A DNA stretch of 64,000 nt from Haplodiscus bocki (GCA_965655095.1 OZ296655.1:46438001-46502000), one strand, 5' to 3'; shown: positions 34,100-48,965, numbered from the stretch's first letter. The notes: generated from the sequence alone by a model not told the origin. Translations and numbers: made by a program.

Positions 34100-35850
34100 T
34101 GTATTTTCAAACAAAATTGAAAAAAAAACAATGGCAGACGGAAAAAATCGGAGTGAACAAATTAATCCCCGAAGGTGTAAATGCGGAGCCCAAGCAAAAG
34201 GTTCCATTGATGTAATCAACTGTCAACTGTCGAACACCTTGGGGGAAAGTGAAATCCGCGGGAATGAAGGATGAAAAAGATCAGATGAACTACTGAGGGC
34301 GGTTTTTTGACTCATTAGTAGTCGAATGTCGAGGAAATCGAAACTATTTCGAACCTTCTGTATTTTCGGCCTTCATTGTGTCAATGAAGGATTCGAAACA
34401 ACAAAAACAGTTTGCCAGAAAACCCTACCAGTAAAAAACAAAATCGTGGGACTTTTTTGACATATCACACTGAGTTTCGAGGGAACTTGAGTCGAAACAC
34501 CAAGAAAAATTGGCGTAAAGTTTTTTTAACATTAGCGGCCTAGCAGTTTCAAATGGGGGAAAAGAATCCTTCTTTCAATCCAATGCTCTCGTAAAATCAA
34601 AACCGTTCCAATGAGAGCCTGTTGAACCTTACACACTCTGGGGTTAAACAAAACTTTCTTCAAAACTCGAGATATGACAAATTACCTGCACTCAGAAGAA
34701 GTTTCATCAAAGTCGGGTTCCCATCCCGAAACCAAAATCAATGGAAGGAAGACAACGGTCAAGATTTGTAGGTAAAATGTCTCTTTCAGTAAGAAGCTGT
34801 TGATGGAAACAGTATTGAAGTCAACCCGATATTGTTACCCAAAAAGTTGAAATTTTGGAAAAGATTACAAAGATTTGATAGTTTGGTAGTTTTGACAGGT
34901 GAGGATGCAATGCAGGAAGTAAAATCCATTTGTTTATTCACGGATCCTCTTTGTACAGGTAGAGAGTAATCAATGGAGACCTTGATTGATTCGTTGCTGC
35001 AATTGGTTTTGCATGAATACTGAGAGGAGTCTTCGGTAGCAACAATTTGAAGGCAAGAGGAGAATTTTTTTGCTTAGAGTCCGAAAACGATAAAAAATGA
35101 AAACTTTTCACAAACTCTCCAGCAATAGGAAGGTATCGAATGAAATCTTAGTGTAGTAAATCTGGCTTAGGTTCTTGAGATAAACGTTTGAAGATCTGAG
35201 AAGAGTAAAAAACAAGTGAAGGCTTGCCAGTTTTGGTCTTCCAGGTTCCAACGAAAGAAAGAAAACTGTTTTGAATACTATAAAAGTTTTCGAATAAATC
35301 GATTGAAAAATTGTTTCTCTGGTTTTGGAGGAATCTGGGTATTGATATCAAAAACAATTTTCATTACTGGAATCAGACTAGCTTTTTTGGTATTCGCGAT
35401 TGAAAAGTCAACGAAATTCAGTAAAATCAGGAGAAGTTTGTCGGAAGAACTTCTGACTGCTGATGAATTCCACACCAAAGAAGTCAGCTTGTTGTACATT
35501 TTCAGTCTTAGCTTTGATTCGTTCGTCAATCAATCTGAGCGTTACTTCACTGCTGGAGATTTCGTTGTCTTGAGAGTTCATTTCTGGTTTTTGTCGCAGT
35601 CCTAATTCTATTGACCTGAGGAACTGTCGTGTGTCTAAGTACCAGCTTCGGTTTTGCAACTCATTAACTACGGAAAGGTGGCGTTAAAGGTATTATCTTG
35701 AAATATCTGCTAATTGTGATCGTATTTAGGATCAGTGTAAGAACTGGGGCAGTCGAGAACAAAAGTTTACAAACTAAAAAAGCCAGAGTGACGTTATGGT
35801 TCTTTGCAGAACCAAATCGCGTAGATTATTAACTTTACGAAATTGAAAGA
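34100..35850 (-). mobile_element. Highly decayed, possibly LTR-retroelement-derived remnant
   Basis: Broken coding-like minus-strand segments (EVTLRLIDERIKAKTE; ILFFTGRVFWQT); no catalytic motif or termini found. Confidence 0.25.
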
Positions 35851-36994
35851 TGTTGGGTACGCAGCAGTGTTACACGAGGTGTGTTGTTGGCTGTGCTCAA
35901 ACCAGGGTTTTTTGATGTTATTGGCGCAATTACCTCACCTGCCACTACGTGTGCTTCCATTAGACTTGACATTCACAGCTGTAATTCACAATGTCAGCTC
36001 GCACCAATTATCCTTCTAATTAACACAATACTAATACCACACATACTTTTACAATTAAACTATATGGTTTGGACCGCACGGGTGATGTTGTGATAGCCTC
36101 TCTAATAGCACCGTTTAACTATTTAGTTGCTAAAAAAACTAATTGGCGTCGATGGTATTGGATTATTTGACTAAAACGAACTCAGGTTCGGTTCATTGTA
36201 ATTGATCGTGTTTTCTTGCCACTAAATAAACACTAGAAAAAATTGCAGGCATTACGCCTAGCACAATTTAATTTTCTTGCCGCGTTTTTCATTTGAATTG
36301 AGCTAGAGTGACACCTACTAGAGCTCACTCTCAACATTGCGCTACTGCTGCTGTGATTTATGGACATTTGAGACTGAGGTGTGGTACAGTTCACTCTAGA
36401 TGATGAAACTAGATGATTCTGAAGTTTCACTGCAGTTTGAGTGATGTGCATGTCGGCTTCCTTTAAATGACGAAATTCAGGAAATGTGGTTCAAACTGCA
36501 CCTAAGGGTGAGTTACATATAGGCTCACTCTAAGCAATGAACTTTCTTATTGGTTTTACTAATTGCTTTGAAGTGATGCATGTTACGGCTCACATCCGAT
36601 TGATGAAAAGTTATTGGCGGATGCGGTTGAGTAGTACTGTGATGATGCGTGATAGAGTTAATGTAATTTACTGTACTGCACTTCGGCGTGAGGTTTATTT
36701 CAGATATTCACCACCTGGGAATGTCAATTCTCAACTTGAACGAAGTATTTCCATAATATCGATGAACCATCCCTGAAGCATAAATAAGTAGGGATGGTTT
36801 CCATGAGATCACCATGGGCATCAATGGCCCCCTGGGGATGTCAAAAACATTCATGAACTACAACAAACATTTCTAGCTCCATTTCGATTATAGTCCAATG
36901 GATATATGCATTTTCTTTTGACCATCGTATGCATTTTAGAAACGAATGGGTAGGCATTTATTGAGCTGTAGTTTTGTATGCAGAAACATGGCAG

Positions 36995-38768
36995 TGTCGT
37001 GGCCCTCTTCTAGGCCAGCGTTTCGTGTTGTCTGGCCATGAAAGAGACCCGCTTCAGGATGAGGATCATTCTGGGAACCGTCCTCATTCGTTCCCTGGTT
37101 AGTATGTGATGTGTTCCGGGTGGGCTCCGGAGTGGCTCCGGAGTGTCCCGGTAATGACGGGTTCATTAGAAAGTCATCGAGTTGCGCTAGAGCACCAAGA
37201 ATGCGGTTCTCTGTTCGACTGAACTCCTTTGACAGCCTTTTCGTGACGCTTCCCTCAATCTCCTCGGAGACTTGAGTTCTGTAGTCCTCCTGCGATCTAG
37301 GAGCGCCTGAGTTTTGTGCCAAGTTGCTCCTAGAATTTTCTTCACAATTTTCGTTATTCAACGCTGCGATTTTCTCTTGTTTCGAGTTGTCATTTTGACG
37401 AGGAAAAATAATTGTCAATCAGTAATACTTTATTAAGTGAGTTGGGGGAAGAGATCAATTTGAGTTTAACAGTGACCAAATAATATGATCAAAGAAGTTT
37501 TACAGTACTGGATGAATATCGTCAGTAAATTACTAGCAGAATTAAAAATAAAAAACTGTGTCCTGTATTTTCATTTCGCCTATTTATACTTTTTCCCGGC
37601 GGGAAACATAATTGTTTACCCGCCAAGACAATGCACAAGTAGGGAAAAATACTTTAGATATCAGCACTTCAAAGTTAAAAATGCCGATTCTGGCGGGAAA
37701 TAGACAACTTTTCCATCCATCTCTTCCATAATAGGACGCGCCTTTTCCGTCTTTCGACAGAAAATGGACGGTCCCAATCCGTCGGAGACGGACATAAAAG
37801 TGCCTAGTCCCGCGCCGACGTGTTGTTTAGAGTCTTTGTATTGTATACTCCCTAAATGGAAAGTTCTAAGAATTTCCTTGATTAGGAGAGTAAAAGATAA
37901 AATAACAGAAGAAAAATGAGGAAAATAAAATAAAATACAAAATGCATGACTTCATTACAAGAATACATTTATTCATCATCTTCACACTCATATTACCATC
38001 ACTTAATTTAATTAAGCTTTCAGTATTTTGGAAATGAGGAGAAACTAGTATCAATACTAACTTACTCCTCATTCCACCTAGTAGCTACTAGTGGTATCCG
38101 GGGCAGCCCTGTAGCCACCAATAGTACAGGTTTCAATTCAGTCTGCTACTAGTGGTATCCGGAACAGCCCCGTAGCCACTAGTAGCATTCGTTCCAATTC
38201 AGTCAGCCGTGCTCAAATTAGGAGTGAATACGGATTCACTCCGTATTCACCATAGCACTGCAGCACGGCATAGTTAGAGAGGTATTAATGACGTCACGAA
38301 ACTAGTGACGACGGAGCACGTACGGAACAAATATTCACTTCTAAAGTCAATTTAATACAAATAAGCCGCTCTAATACTAGCACTTTTGAAAGTCAATCAC
38401 TGCTGTAAAGTGCACTTATTATTATTAAATACTGCAATTGTGCCAAAAAGGTGGATCTATATGTAATATTTAAATAAATAAATAGATTAATATAAAAATA
38501 GCACCTTTAAGGATCAATTGCTCTGTGAATACTAGTTTGCTCCGTAACGGTTCCGTCCTAGTTTGGATGAGTTAATATTTCTGTGCATTTGTTATGGATA
38601 CGTATTACATACGTATCCGTGTATATGCACACTTGTTTAAAATAGTCTAAAAATAATTAGTTATGAGTCTGATTAGTAGTGTTTAGAGTTTTAGCTTTTC
38701 CGTTGGGCGTTAGGATGTCTTTGTCTGTGGAAGGGGCTGGCCACATGCCTCGCAGGTGTGCTGCGACA
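36995..38768 (-). mobile_element. Solo LTR copy 1 (1774 bp) with internal gag-like ORF
   Basis: TGTCG...CGACA termini; TSD GGCAG/GGTAG; homologous to copies 2 and 3. Confidence 0.85.
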
Positions 38769-39119
38769 GGTAGCAACATTTTTTGTCTCCACTTGAATGG
38801 CCACGAAAAATTTGCAAGCATTATAATATAGAACATGCGAAATTTTTGCAACAACAGTTTCAAACTTCTATCGAGACAATTTTTTCAAAAAGTTGAAAAA
38901 ATGTGAGTCCAGGAACATATTTTTTTCAGTACTCCTAATTTTAATAAAGTCAAAATGTTATGTCCGCTTGTTCAACTTCTTTAGTCTCCGCTGGCTAAGT
39001 GAAAGGTCTTGACAGTCACAGAGCCACCAACAAGCAGGAGCAAAATCGGCCCCGAATGAGCAAGTAAAATTGAAAATCAACTCCAAAAACACAATTTTTT
39101 GGATGAAATTTTGCCATTA

Positions 39120-39301
39120 GTTGAGTCATACATTGGTTGTATGAAGCCATGAAAGTCATAAACTGCACCATTTTATGGACAGTTTATGAATGTTATGACA
39201 TCCATTTTTCTTTATGGTACAGTGTATGACATTCATGACTTCATACACTACCATAAATGACAGTTTATGAGTTGAATGTTTTTTATGGAGGTCGACCCGG
39301 G
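39120..39301. repeat. MITE-like fragment of the same family as 19782, inverted
   Basis: Shares CATGAAAGTCATA.ACTG..CCATTTTATGGAC and the CCCGGGTYGACCT end. Confidence 0.5.
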
Positions 39302-40536
39302 AAGAAGTCGTTAGTTACCTAATAAAGTAATTACAACTAGAGTCATAACTTCTTCAACCACTGTCGAAACTCAGGCATCAAAGAAAGCGTACTGACAGAC
39401 TTGCCACTGGAATTATTGAGCAAGCAAACCCACAGCTTATTTTAGTCTTCATGTGCATGTGAATAACTTGCAATTGCTGTCAATACTGAAAGCACTGTCA
39501 GCTTACTCTCGTTTTTACTCTGTTTATTTTTTCGAATTTTTTTGCATAATTTTTTCGTCCAAATCTTCCGTTAATCATATTGAATTCCATATACATGAAC
39601 TTCCAACTATCGAATATTCAATCGGTGTTTGCAAAATACGCTCTGAACTTAACTCGTGTTCTCGATATTATATGAACAACGCCCATTGGTGAGTCCAAAT
39701 CATTAATTTCATATACATTTCGGACAAATTTTTGATCATAAAAAATTGGGGGTTTTATGTAGAATAATATCCTTACTAGTAACATCATGCAATAACTTCA
39801 CCTTCGTTTTTTTAAAAAAAAACTGATTTTCTCAAAAGCCAATTGTTTCATCTCAACCATCCAGTGCTCAATCGAAAGCCAGTGGTCTGCAATTGCCCTG
39901 GACTAACAGCAGGCATTGCTTGCTCCAGAGAGTTTTTTGCCATCAATCTATAGTGCATTTTGAAATTCAAATTATATATAAATATATGTTTATACATATC
40001 CTCAGAAAAATATTCTCGGAAGTTATCGGATTTTCAGTTTGCAACTGAGCTTGCAACTGAGTTGATTTATTCACCATGTGGTAAATTTGCTGATTTTCTC
40101 ACTAACTTATTCTCTACCTGATAAGTTGAAGTTGGTGTGACAAGGGTCGCATGCTTAACGTTTTTTCAGGGACTGTCTTGGACTTTTTTTCAAATTTGAT
40201 GACCTTTCCATTGCTGAAAAACGTTTTCTTAACTATCATTCAAATTGCGACATCTGGAGCGCATTTGAAACCTTGCAAAATAGAGATCTTGCTGAGAACG
40301 GGTTGAAATTTACCATATTTTACCATAAAATTGGACTTCTTTTTATTGGGAAATAAGAACCATTTATTTTCCTTCAGTCTTTTGGACAGTCAATGGGCTT
40401 GCAAACATTTACTACCAATTCAAGAGTTTCCAAATTAGCATTTCTACTCAGAGACTGGGATGCCATTTTTATATTCTTTCTGAATTAATACTTTCCTTCA
40501 TAATTATGATATGGTAGGAAAACTATCCACTCAATG

Positions 40537-42290
40537 TGAAGTGGCCTTCTTCTGTGCCAGAGTTTTGCGTTATCTGGCTGTGGAAGAGGCCCGCTTCAGG
40601 ATGAGAATCACTCTGGGAGTTGTCCTCGTTCGTTCCCTGGTTTGTACTAAATGCGTTCCAGGACATCTCCGGAGTGGTTCCGGAATAGCCCTGAATTAGC
40701 GGGTTCATGAGAAAGTCGTCAAGACGTGCTAACACGCATAATATGCGGTTTTCCGTTCTACTGAACTCCTGAGACAACTTCTTTGTGACTCTACCCTCAA
40801 TTTCCTCAGAGACTTGATTGATGTAGTCCTCTTGTGATCCGAGAACTTTTGAGTTTTGTGCCAGGTTGCGCCTGGAATGTTCCTCACAATTTTCCTTGTT
40901 TAGTGCTGCAAGTTTTCTTTTATTCCTCAGAGTTGCCATTTTCTACGATACAAGTAATAATCAGATGTTAATATTTGATTTTCTTTTGCTGAAGGAAAAT
41001 CAATTTCGATGTTTTAACAGTTTTGAATAGTACAACGAAGGGAATTGACAATACTGGGTATTATCATCAGTACTTAAAAATAATAACATTTGTGTTTTTT
41101 GTACTTTCATTTCTCCTCTTTAAACCTTTTCCTAGCGGGCAACATAATTGTTTACACGCCAAGTCAAGGTACAAAGTAGGGAAAAGTACTTTATACATTA
41201 TTACATCAAAGTCAAAAATGCCGACTCTGGCGGGAAATAAACAAATTTTCCGTCCATCTCTTCCCTCATAAGACGCGACATTTCCGTCTTTCGACAGAAA
41301 ATTGACGGACCTAATCCGTCAGAGATGGATATCGAAGTGTTTATTCCCGCGCCGACATAATGCTTACAAACGAAATAATGTTTATTCCATAGTTGGAAAA
41401 GTTGAATAATTCCTTGATTGGCAAAATGAAAAGATTTATAAATCTCAAGTAGCAAGTATGGAAAACTGAAAATGATTGTAAATATAGAGTAATCATGGTA
41501 TTTCATGCACATATCATCAATATTCACTCAGTAGTTCATAAGTCTTTACTCTTTAGAAATGAGGAAAAACTAGTAGCACTACCAGTTTATTCCTCATTCA
41601 TGCGAGTAGCGACTATTGTTTTCCGGATAATTCCATATTCACTAGTAGTAGTAAGTGTCTTCAGAAATGAGGAGATACTAGTAGAAATACTAGTTTACTC
41701 CTCGTTTAGACGAGTAGCTACTAGTGGTTTCCGGATAATTTCCGTAGCCACTAGTAGTTGAGGCAGGCTAAGCTCAAATGAGGAGTGATTCCAGAATCAC
41801 TCCATATTCACCACAGCACTGCAGCACAGTATAGCTATAAGAATGATTGTGACGTCACCAGACTAGTAGCGACGGAACGCGTACGGAACAAATATTCACT
41901 CTTGGAGTCTTTCACGCTTTGCTGCAGTAGCGTTATTCTAATAAATTGACAGCGTCAATTTGACAGCACTTCAGCACAGTAAGACAAGCTAATCACACTC
42001 AAAAGGTGGATATAAACCAAACAAAATGAATGAGTTATTACAAATATAGCACCTTTTAGAATGAAAAACTCTGTGAATATCCGTTTGTTCCGTAACGGTT
42101 CCGTATTAGTCCGGATCAATTCACTAGGGTGATCCGTATATGATACAGATCAGTAAAATGAAAAATACAAGAAACATGAAATATGAAGTTTAATGTGTTT
42201 TCTTTACAGTTCATCAATTCTCTTGAGGGTCTGGGAATGTTCTTTTCTTCTATATCTCTAATCCGTAGGCTTCGCAAGTATACTGCGACA
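40537..42290 (-). mobile_element. Solo LTR copy 2 (1754 bp) with gag-like ORF MATLRNKRKLAA...
   Basis: TG...CTGCGACA termini; perfect TSD CAATG at 40532-40536 and 42291-42295. Confidence 0.9.
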
Positions 42291-45200
42291 CAATGCGAAA
42301 GTTTTTCTACGCTTACTTGCTAATTGATAATTTCCGGTGTGAAAATTTCCGCGATTCGATGGATCTGGTTTTGAAATTTTAAATCAACAAATTATAGCAA
42401 ATTTGCCGTAGAATGGGACTTAAATAGTAAAAGTTCTCGAAACGTATGAAAGTTGGGATTTTTTTCGAAATAAATGACATTTTTCGAAAAATCTTGCTTT
42501 TTTTATATATAGTTAGACGTAGAAAATTCTCTCTATAATGCGTAACAAATGATATTTTTGTCCTAAAAACGTCGTTTCCATTTTAACTGCGAGTTTTTTC
42601 TAGAAAATGGAAAAAGTTCAAATTTAGAAGAAGTGATAACTATATGAAGACAAAATATTGTTTAGAAAAACAGCGTTTTCATTCTTATAAAAGGCATCTT
42701 CAAAAAACTGTAGGGCGGAAAAAAATGCTGGTGGTAAGCGGCCATATTGTACTTTCCGATTTAATTTTCAAAACTCGTGCTGCCCAAATTTTTCTTCTCG
42801 AAAACATTGATAACATTGCCAATACCCAGTGAAATCTGGAAAAACACTATGACAAAAGGCCACTGAAATTCTCTTCTGAGAAGCATGTGACCGTCGGAGA
42901 CTGAAAACACTTAAACTTACAAAAACGTTCTTTTTTGTGAAACATCAGATATTCTGATTTGAGCTCCAATGACGTCCTAGCAAATTTTCTTTATGTGATA
43001 TTTTCAATAGAATGCATTGTAGCACATCTTGCCCCCTAAAACAATGCGAAACAGTTAATTCAATTCAAGACCCTACCCTGACTTTCAAGTGTAATTTCCA
43101 AGATCAGATATCTTTTTCAGTTGAACCCCAATAGGCAAGACATTATTTTAATGCAACCTAACTGCTTACTGATTTTCATCCAAGTCGGAGACAAAAAAAA
43201 TTTTCCGGTCCCTACGCCCCTCTCCTCAACTGAAACTCTTAGAAACAATTAGTTCTGACTTTTAGTTTATTTCATCGATTCGTAATGGATATTTTTACTA
43301 ATGTGGTGAATTTATAGAGTATATCCGCTAACCCGTGCTTTGAGTCTTTTAACCCTTGTTGTGACAATCTGATTATTGAGAAATATTCGTTATTTCGCCA
43401 GGAAACTGGTCTAATTCTCACAATTTGACCTTAATTTGCATCCGTATTGCCAATATTCCGCCCCAATTCCCACTTTAGGAATAAACTCAGCTCAAAAAAC
43501 TACAAAATGTCTCCTGGTTTACTTTTTCGTTAGTTTGGACTTTGATTTATATCTCAGTGTGAGCAAAATGTGAAATCTTCAAATGGATTTATGACAATTT
43601 CGATGTTTTACTTATCTCTTTTTTCATTTCCTGTGCTTTGTGTTCTCCAAAAAGTCAAATATCATCTCACTCATTTTCATGACCCTAATTTGGCCCCTTT
43701 GAGTGCTTTCATATAACAACATCGCACCCGATACTTTTACTTTACTGAAAAATCACAGTTTTAAATTATTTGCTACGTTTGTCTGATGTGTTTATATGTT
43801 TTGCCCAAGTCTGATAGCCTTGGAATATTTTAGTTGGTTTGTTTTTCATGGTAAATCCCTGCCCCAGCGTGCTTGAGAAGTTTCAGTTTTTCATTTTCTG
43901 AAAAGTTATACACAAGTTATGCGAAGTTTAATGTCGATACTTGCTATGTAAACATTTGATACTACAGTTTACTTCAGACAAAATATTTAACTCAACGAAA
44001 TGAGTTTGGTCTGAAAATCGATATTTCAACCAACAATTCTTTCTGCTGGAGCAAAAGGCAAAGATTCAATCGGAAAGAGATTTGAAAACAAGGACGCTGA
44101 AAGCTTGAAGACAACATTCTATTTGTGGAAAAATTCGAGTCTGGAAATATCCAAAAAGAGAACTGAATCAACAAAGCAAAATTGTCTTTTTAAAGCCTAT
44201 TCGACGGAATGAGGCTGGTGTAAAGTATTAGAATAGACTTTTTTCATACAGCTGATACACTTCGTCCGCCAACCGGGATATGACTTGGACACATCATTGA
44301 AGTCTTGTGGATTTGGAACTTTCAGTTGATACTTCGATTAAAAAGAATTGGCCTAAACCGAAAAGAAAATCTTCTCTGCTAAAATAACATGGGGGCTCAA
44401 AAGAAAAAATAGATTTGCATTGAAACGTTCAATAAGTGCTCTCTTAGAAATATTAGACGTCTCCGCGAGCTCAGCGAGGTTCGCAACTACATTATCAAGC
44501 AGTTTGTACCAGAAACTCGTGATTGTCATCCAAAAACCTTAGTACTGGACTACTCGGCCAACGAAGAAGCGTTGAGCGCTCAAAATGCCGTTTTCGTGAG
44601 ACATTTTCAGTGAACGCATTTGAAAGAATCCGCGACCTCGCAAAGCGCTTTCTGGCAGTCATCACTGGAAGCTGCTAGAAAGAAAATTTTGGGTTGAAGG
44701 GAAATGCAAGCCATGGAGCGAATACAACAAAAACCAAGGGGAGCAGATCTGTTCAAATTGCGGACAAAGAATGTCCCAGTGACAGTTCAATCGAAAGCAG
44801 TACAATTCGCGCCGACAATGAGTGTTTCAAGGATGGAGACAGTCAGTCGCATCATTTGTGACAGTCCATAGTGACAAATTTAACGATACTCCGCCAACGA
44901 GTACTGAAGCTGCAGTGTCTGGGAAATGTATGAATGCAGAGAATACAGACTTCAGTTTAAGTGAAGGGCAAAAATCCAAAACTCAAACGCCCGATCTTTA
45001 CAGACTAAAAACTGGATCAAACTCTTCCAATAGTATTAAAAAAATAAACTTTCAGTTTTGTATAAAGTTTTCGATACTACATTCGATATTCAAAAAATAC
45101 CTAAAAATTACCACCTAGAAACGCAACTAAAATTACATTAAATTTTAATCCTCTCATTACCAAGATACTAAACAAAAACGTTGAAAGATTTCATTGTCTC

Positions 45201-45699
45201 TGAGTTGATTTTGGCACTGTCAAAAAAACGCGATTCCATCAAATTTTGTCCGAAAAACTGAAAAATTTTCAAAAAACGTCTCTCATGGATATTTCCAGGC
45301 TCACAGGCTGCACCAGTTTGGGTTCATCAGCAAGTGTCTCTCAATCAGTTTTGAATTATATTTGAACTTTTTCGGCTATCCACGAAACACGCTTTTTGAG
45401 CATATTTGCCTCTAAACAAAATTTTAAAGAAATGATTTTTGCATGGTTTAAAATTATTACTAACCTCAGAATAGTTTCAGCTGAACGGCTGAAAAGATTC
45501 AATTCTTCAATGGTTGCAATTATTCCTAAATATTTAAAAGTGATTATTAAATGCGAAATCGGAAAAAAAACGAAAAAAAAAAGAGATTGTGCCATTTTAA
45601 TCCATTTAATTTTTGTCCTCTCATTTAGGACTTTGAGGTTTATTCTAATTTTACTACAACTTTTGCTTTTCGTAAATTGACTTTCTTCTTAATGGGATC

Positions 45700-47098
45700 T
45701 GTAGGAAAGTTCGTCTGGGCTGAATCCTTGTGAGGAACGACTCATAGAGATACCCACTTCAGAATGAAGATCCTCATTTGTTTCTTGGTTCTCTCTATTT
45801 GAATTTCAGAATGTCTCCGGAACGGGTCCGAATTGAACCCCGCCGTTTGCTTCCAGAAAAAACTCTTTTACTTTAGACAGGGCGCCCAAACTGCGGCTCT
45901 CGTTCCGTTGAACTCCGGGAAAAAAATTGTCGTTCTACCCTCAACTTCCTCCGACACCTGAGTAATGTAATCTTCCTGATTTCTGGGAACAGTTGCGTCC
46001 CGTGCCTGGTTGTTCCATGGAAGTTCCTTGTTATCCTTGTTGACGGGTGCTAATTTTCTGTTGTTTCTAAGCGTTGTCATTTGCAAAGAAGGAAAGAGTT
46101 TTAAACAGCGTTGAAGACTGAATTAAACGTTAATGTTTTATAATTAGGGAGAAGCAATAGTCAAGTTTCTGAAGAAATAGTTAGTGGTTACACGCATCGC
46201 TACAGTTATTGTGTCTTCTCTACTTTCATTTCATCTATATATACTTCTTCCGTGGCGAGAAACATGAGTGTTTACACGCCAAGTCAAAATACAAATGGAG
46301 AAGAGTACTTTCATCATTCAAACATTAAAGTGAAGATGATGACTCTGGTGGAATAAACATATTTCCATCCATTGCCTCCCTCATAAAACGCGTTTTTTCA
46401 TCTTTGAACAGAAAATAGATGGGCCTAATCCGTCAGAATTGAACATCAATTTGCTGATTCCCTCGCCGACTTGTTATTTACAAGCAAATTTATGGATATT
46501 CCTTGATTGGACAAAATAAATGTTTCCTTACTTGGGAAAACGAAAATATTTATGAGGTTTAAGCAGCAATGGTGGAAAACAATGAATGATAATAGAAATC
46601 AAATATTCATGGTTTTCCTTGCACATTTCATCAATCGTTCATTCTTTAGTATTTGTCTATAGAAATAAAGGAAAACTAGTAACACTAATACTTCACTCTT
46701 CCTTTAGACAAGCAGCGACTAGTATTCTCTGGAATATTTCCTTATTCAATAGTAGTGGCAGTCAAATCAAGTACGCTGAGCTCAAATGAGGAGCGAATAC
46801 GGATTCACTCCCTTTTGAGTACAACACAGCCTAGTGGTCAGAATGGTTGTGACGTCACTCTGTCAATATCTGCTCTGTGAAGATCCGCTTGTTCCATAAC
46901 GGTTCCGTCCCAGTCTGGATCAGTTCAAAATGTTGCTCCGTATATAATACGGTTCACTTTACTCATAAAATGAATGCGAATACAGATGAGTGTTTTTTAA
47001 ATAAATAAAATGAAAGATTGAGTCTCATTCTGAGTTTTGGGGTAGGTACCTTTCCCCAGGTAGGGATTGACCACAGACTTTGTAGGTGTTCTGCGACA
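45700..47098 (-). mobile_element. Solo LTR copy 3 (1399 bp; more diverged, internal deletion)
   Basis: TGT...CTGCGACA termini; TSD GGATC/GAATC; ORF TTLRNNRKLA..QEDYITQVSEEVEGR. Confidence 0.85.
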
Positions 47099-48177
47099 GA
47101 ATCCGAAATACAAAAGCTCCCTCTTGTTTACTTTTGTTAATGTTCCAGTTAAAATTCCTCTCTGTTAGTTTTCTCACGTTTTTATGGCGCAAAAGTTTAT
47201 TGAAAAAAAAACTTTTATTGAAAAAAAAACTTTTATTGAAAAGCCGTTTTTAATATTCTAACGTCTATTATTGGCACCTGCCTGATTGAGGAATATTTTC
47301 GTCTCCTTGGATGAAAAACGTTAAAATTGTCACTGACAAACGAAACATTTATATCGTTGTGTGCTTGTCTTTGTGTTATCCTGACGAACTTTTCCTAAAC
47401 TTTTCTTATTCCTATTCTTCTTTTCTCATCTTTGCCTTCTTCTCCTCTTTCTTTTTGATTTTTCTTATTATTATTATGTTCCTGCTTTTCGGGCGTCACT
47501 AGTTTCAGCCAGTGACAACTTGGATCATTTAAAAGATAAGAACTCATTTAGTTCAGTCGGGTAGATCAAATTTTCTTTTGCTTAATGTTGCGATTTGGAA
47601 CAAAAGAAATATAAACTGGTTTCGATTCTCTTGGTTGCTTTTATTTTTCTACTTTACTCAAATTAACCGTTAAGGATTGAACCTTCCTGGAAAAGTGTCT
47701 GTCAACAAATGCGAGTCTCAGAAAATCTAAATTTAGTCGCACTGGAAGCGATCTTGATTTTCAAACGGAAGATACTTTTGTATAGTTTTTCAAATACCCA
47801 CTACTTCCTACAGTCTTTAATAATTCTGAGAAAATGGTATTAAAAAACTTAGAAGTGACAATAAACTACAGTCTTAGCTGGAAACGAGTTTTGGTAGTAT
47901 GGTTGATGTAACTCTGGGCTATGTACGCTCGGATTACTGAAACTCTGGCAAAGCTCTAAACAGCGATGATATTGTTTTCGAGATTCTTGGTTGTAATATA
48001 TATTGAAATCATGACTTTACATCCTTCTTGAGGAGTTTTAGAGTTTGCTGCAATGCAACATGCAAGCAGTTCTCTTAATTTATTGTCCTATTCCACCTTC
48101 TAATCTCATTCCACTTTTGCATCATAACTCTTTTTATCCGATGATGTCAGCATTCACAATTTCTCCACTCTTCCCAT

Positions 48178-48435
48178 TCATTTTCTCATATCCTTGTTCT
48201 GGTCAGCCGGTTTGTTTTTACGCAATCCTTGGATCATGAATGAAACATAAAGGGCTACTGCCACCAAAGAGTCAGAGAGAGGTCCGACCCAGTACACCCA
48301 GTGGTCTTTGAAGTCCATCATGACCAGGGCTGGGCCAAAAGATCTAGAAGGGTTTAAGCTAGCACCTGTGTAGGGCCCAGCAGCATACATACAAGGAAGC
48401 ACAGCCAGTCCTATTGGCAGAAGAGAAAGAAACCC
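48178..48435 (-). CDS. Aquaporin (MIP family) last exon: TM5, second NPA box (NPS), TM6
   Basis: Acceptor TTCCAG|GGG; GFLSLLPIGLAV..GPYTGASLNPSRSFGPALV..DHWVYWVGPL. Confidence 0.9.
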   Translation of the reverse strand, partial: GFLSLLPIGLAVLPCMYAAGPYTGASLNPSRSFGPALVMMDFKDHWVYWVGPLSDSLVAVALYVSFMIQGLRKNKPADQNKDMRK

Positions 48436-48771
48436 CTGGAACATGAAACATCAAATGTGAATCAAAATGAATGGTTTAAGGTGCCTTTTGCTTGAAGTGA
48501 AAGGTTAAAAATTAGATTTACTCCAACTGTTTTGTTTCAAGATTTGTGAAATTACTAAAAAAAACTTTATTGCAACTAAAACTGGGAAAAAATAGAAAAA
48601 GAAGAAAAAAAGAACTTAAGAAAAACAATTTTATATGAGGACTACTTATAACGCAGAAAACACTGCAACAGAAATCAACGATAAATGTCGCAATAAAACC
48701 GCACCAAAACCGATTTCGCTTGGTGCAGCAGTCAGTGATCCTACCATGCGCTTTTAAAGTGAAAACATTAC

Positions 48772-48965
48772 CTCAAAATCTTTCTCAGGGTCACTGTCGG
48801 TGATGACCAAGACAATCAGCACAAGTAACATAGTGACTGCAACCTCAACTAATACTGCTTGAAAAGCGTTCATTTTTGGGTTCACCTTAGTCATGCCCAA
48901 GCTAGCTTCCTCAATCCAGTTGGAAGGAGAAACACAGTAAAGATAAAAAGACCCAGCAGAAGCTC
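48772..48965 (-). CDS. Aquaporin internal exon: end of TM3, loop C, TM4
   Basis: TTTCAG|GA...GAG|GTAATG; (G)ASAGSFYLYCVSP..LGMTKVNPKMNAFQAVLVEVAVTMLLVLIVLVITD; phase 0 junction fits the next exon. Confidence 0.88.
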
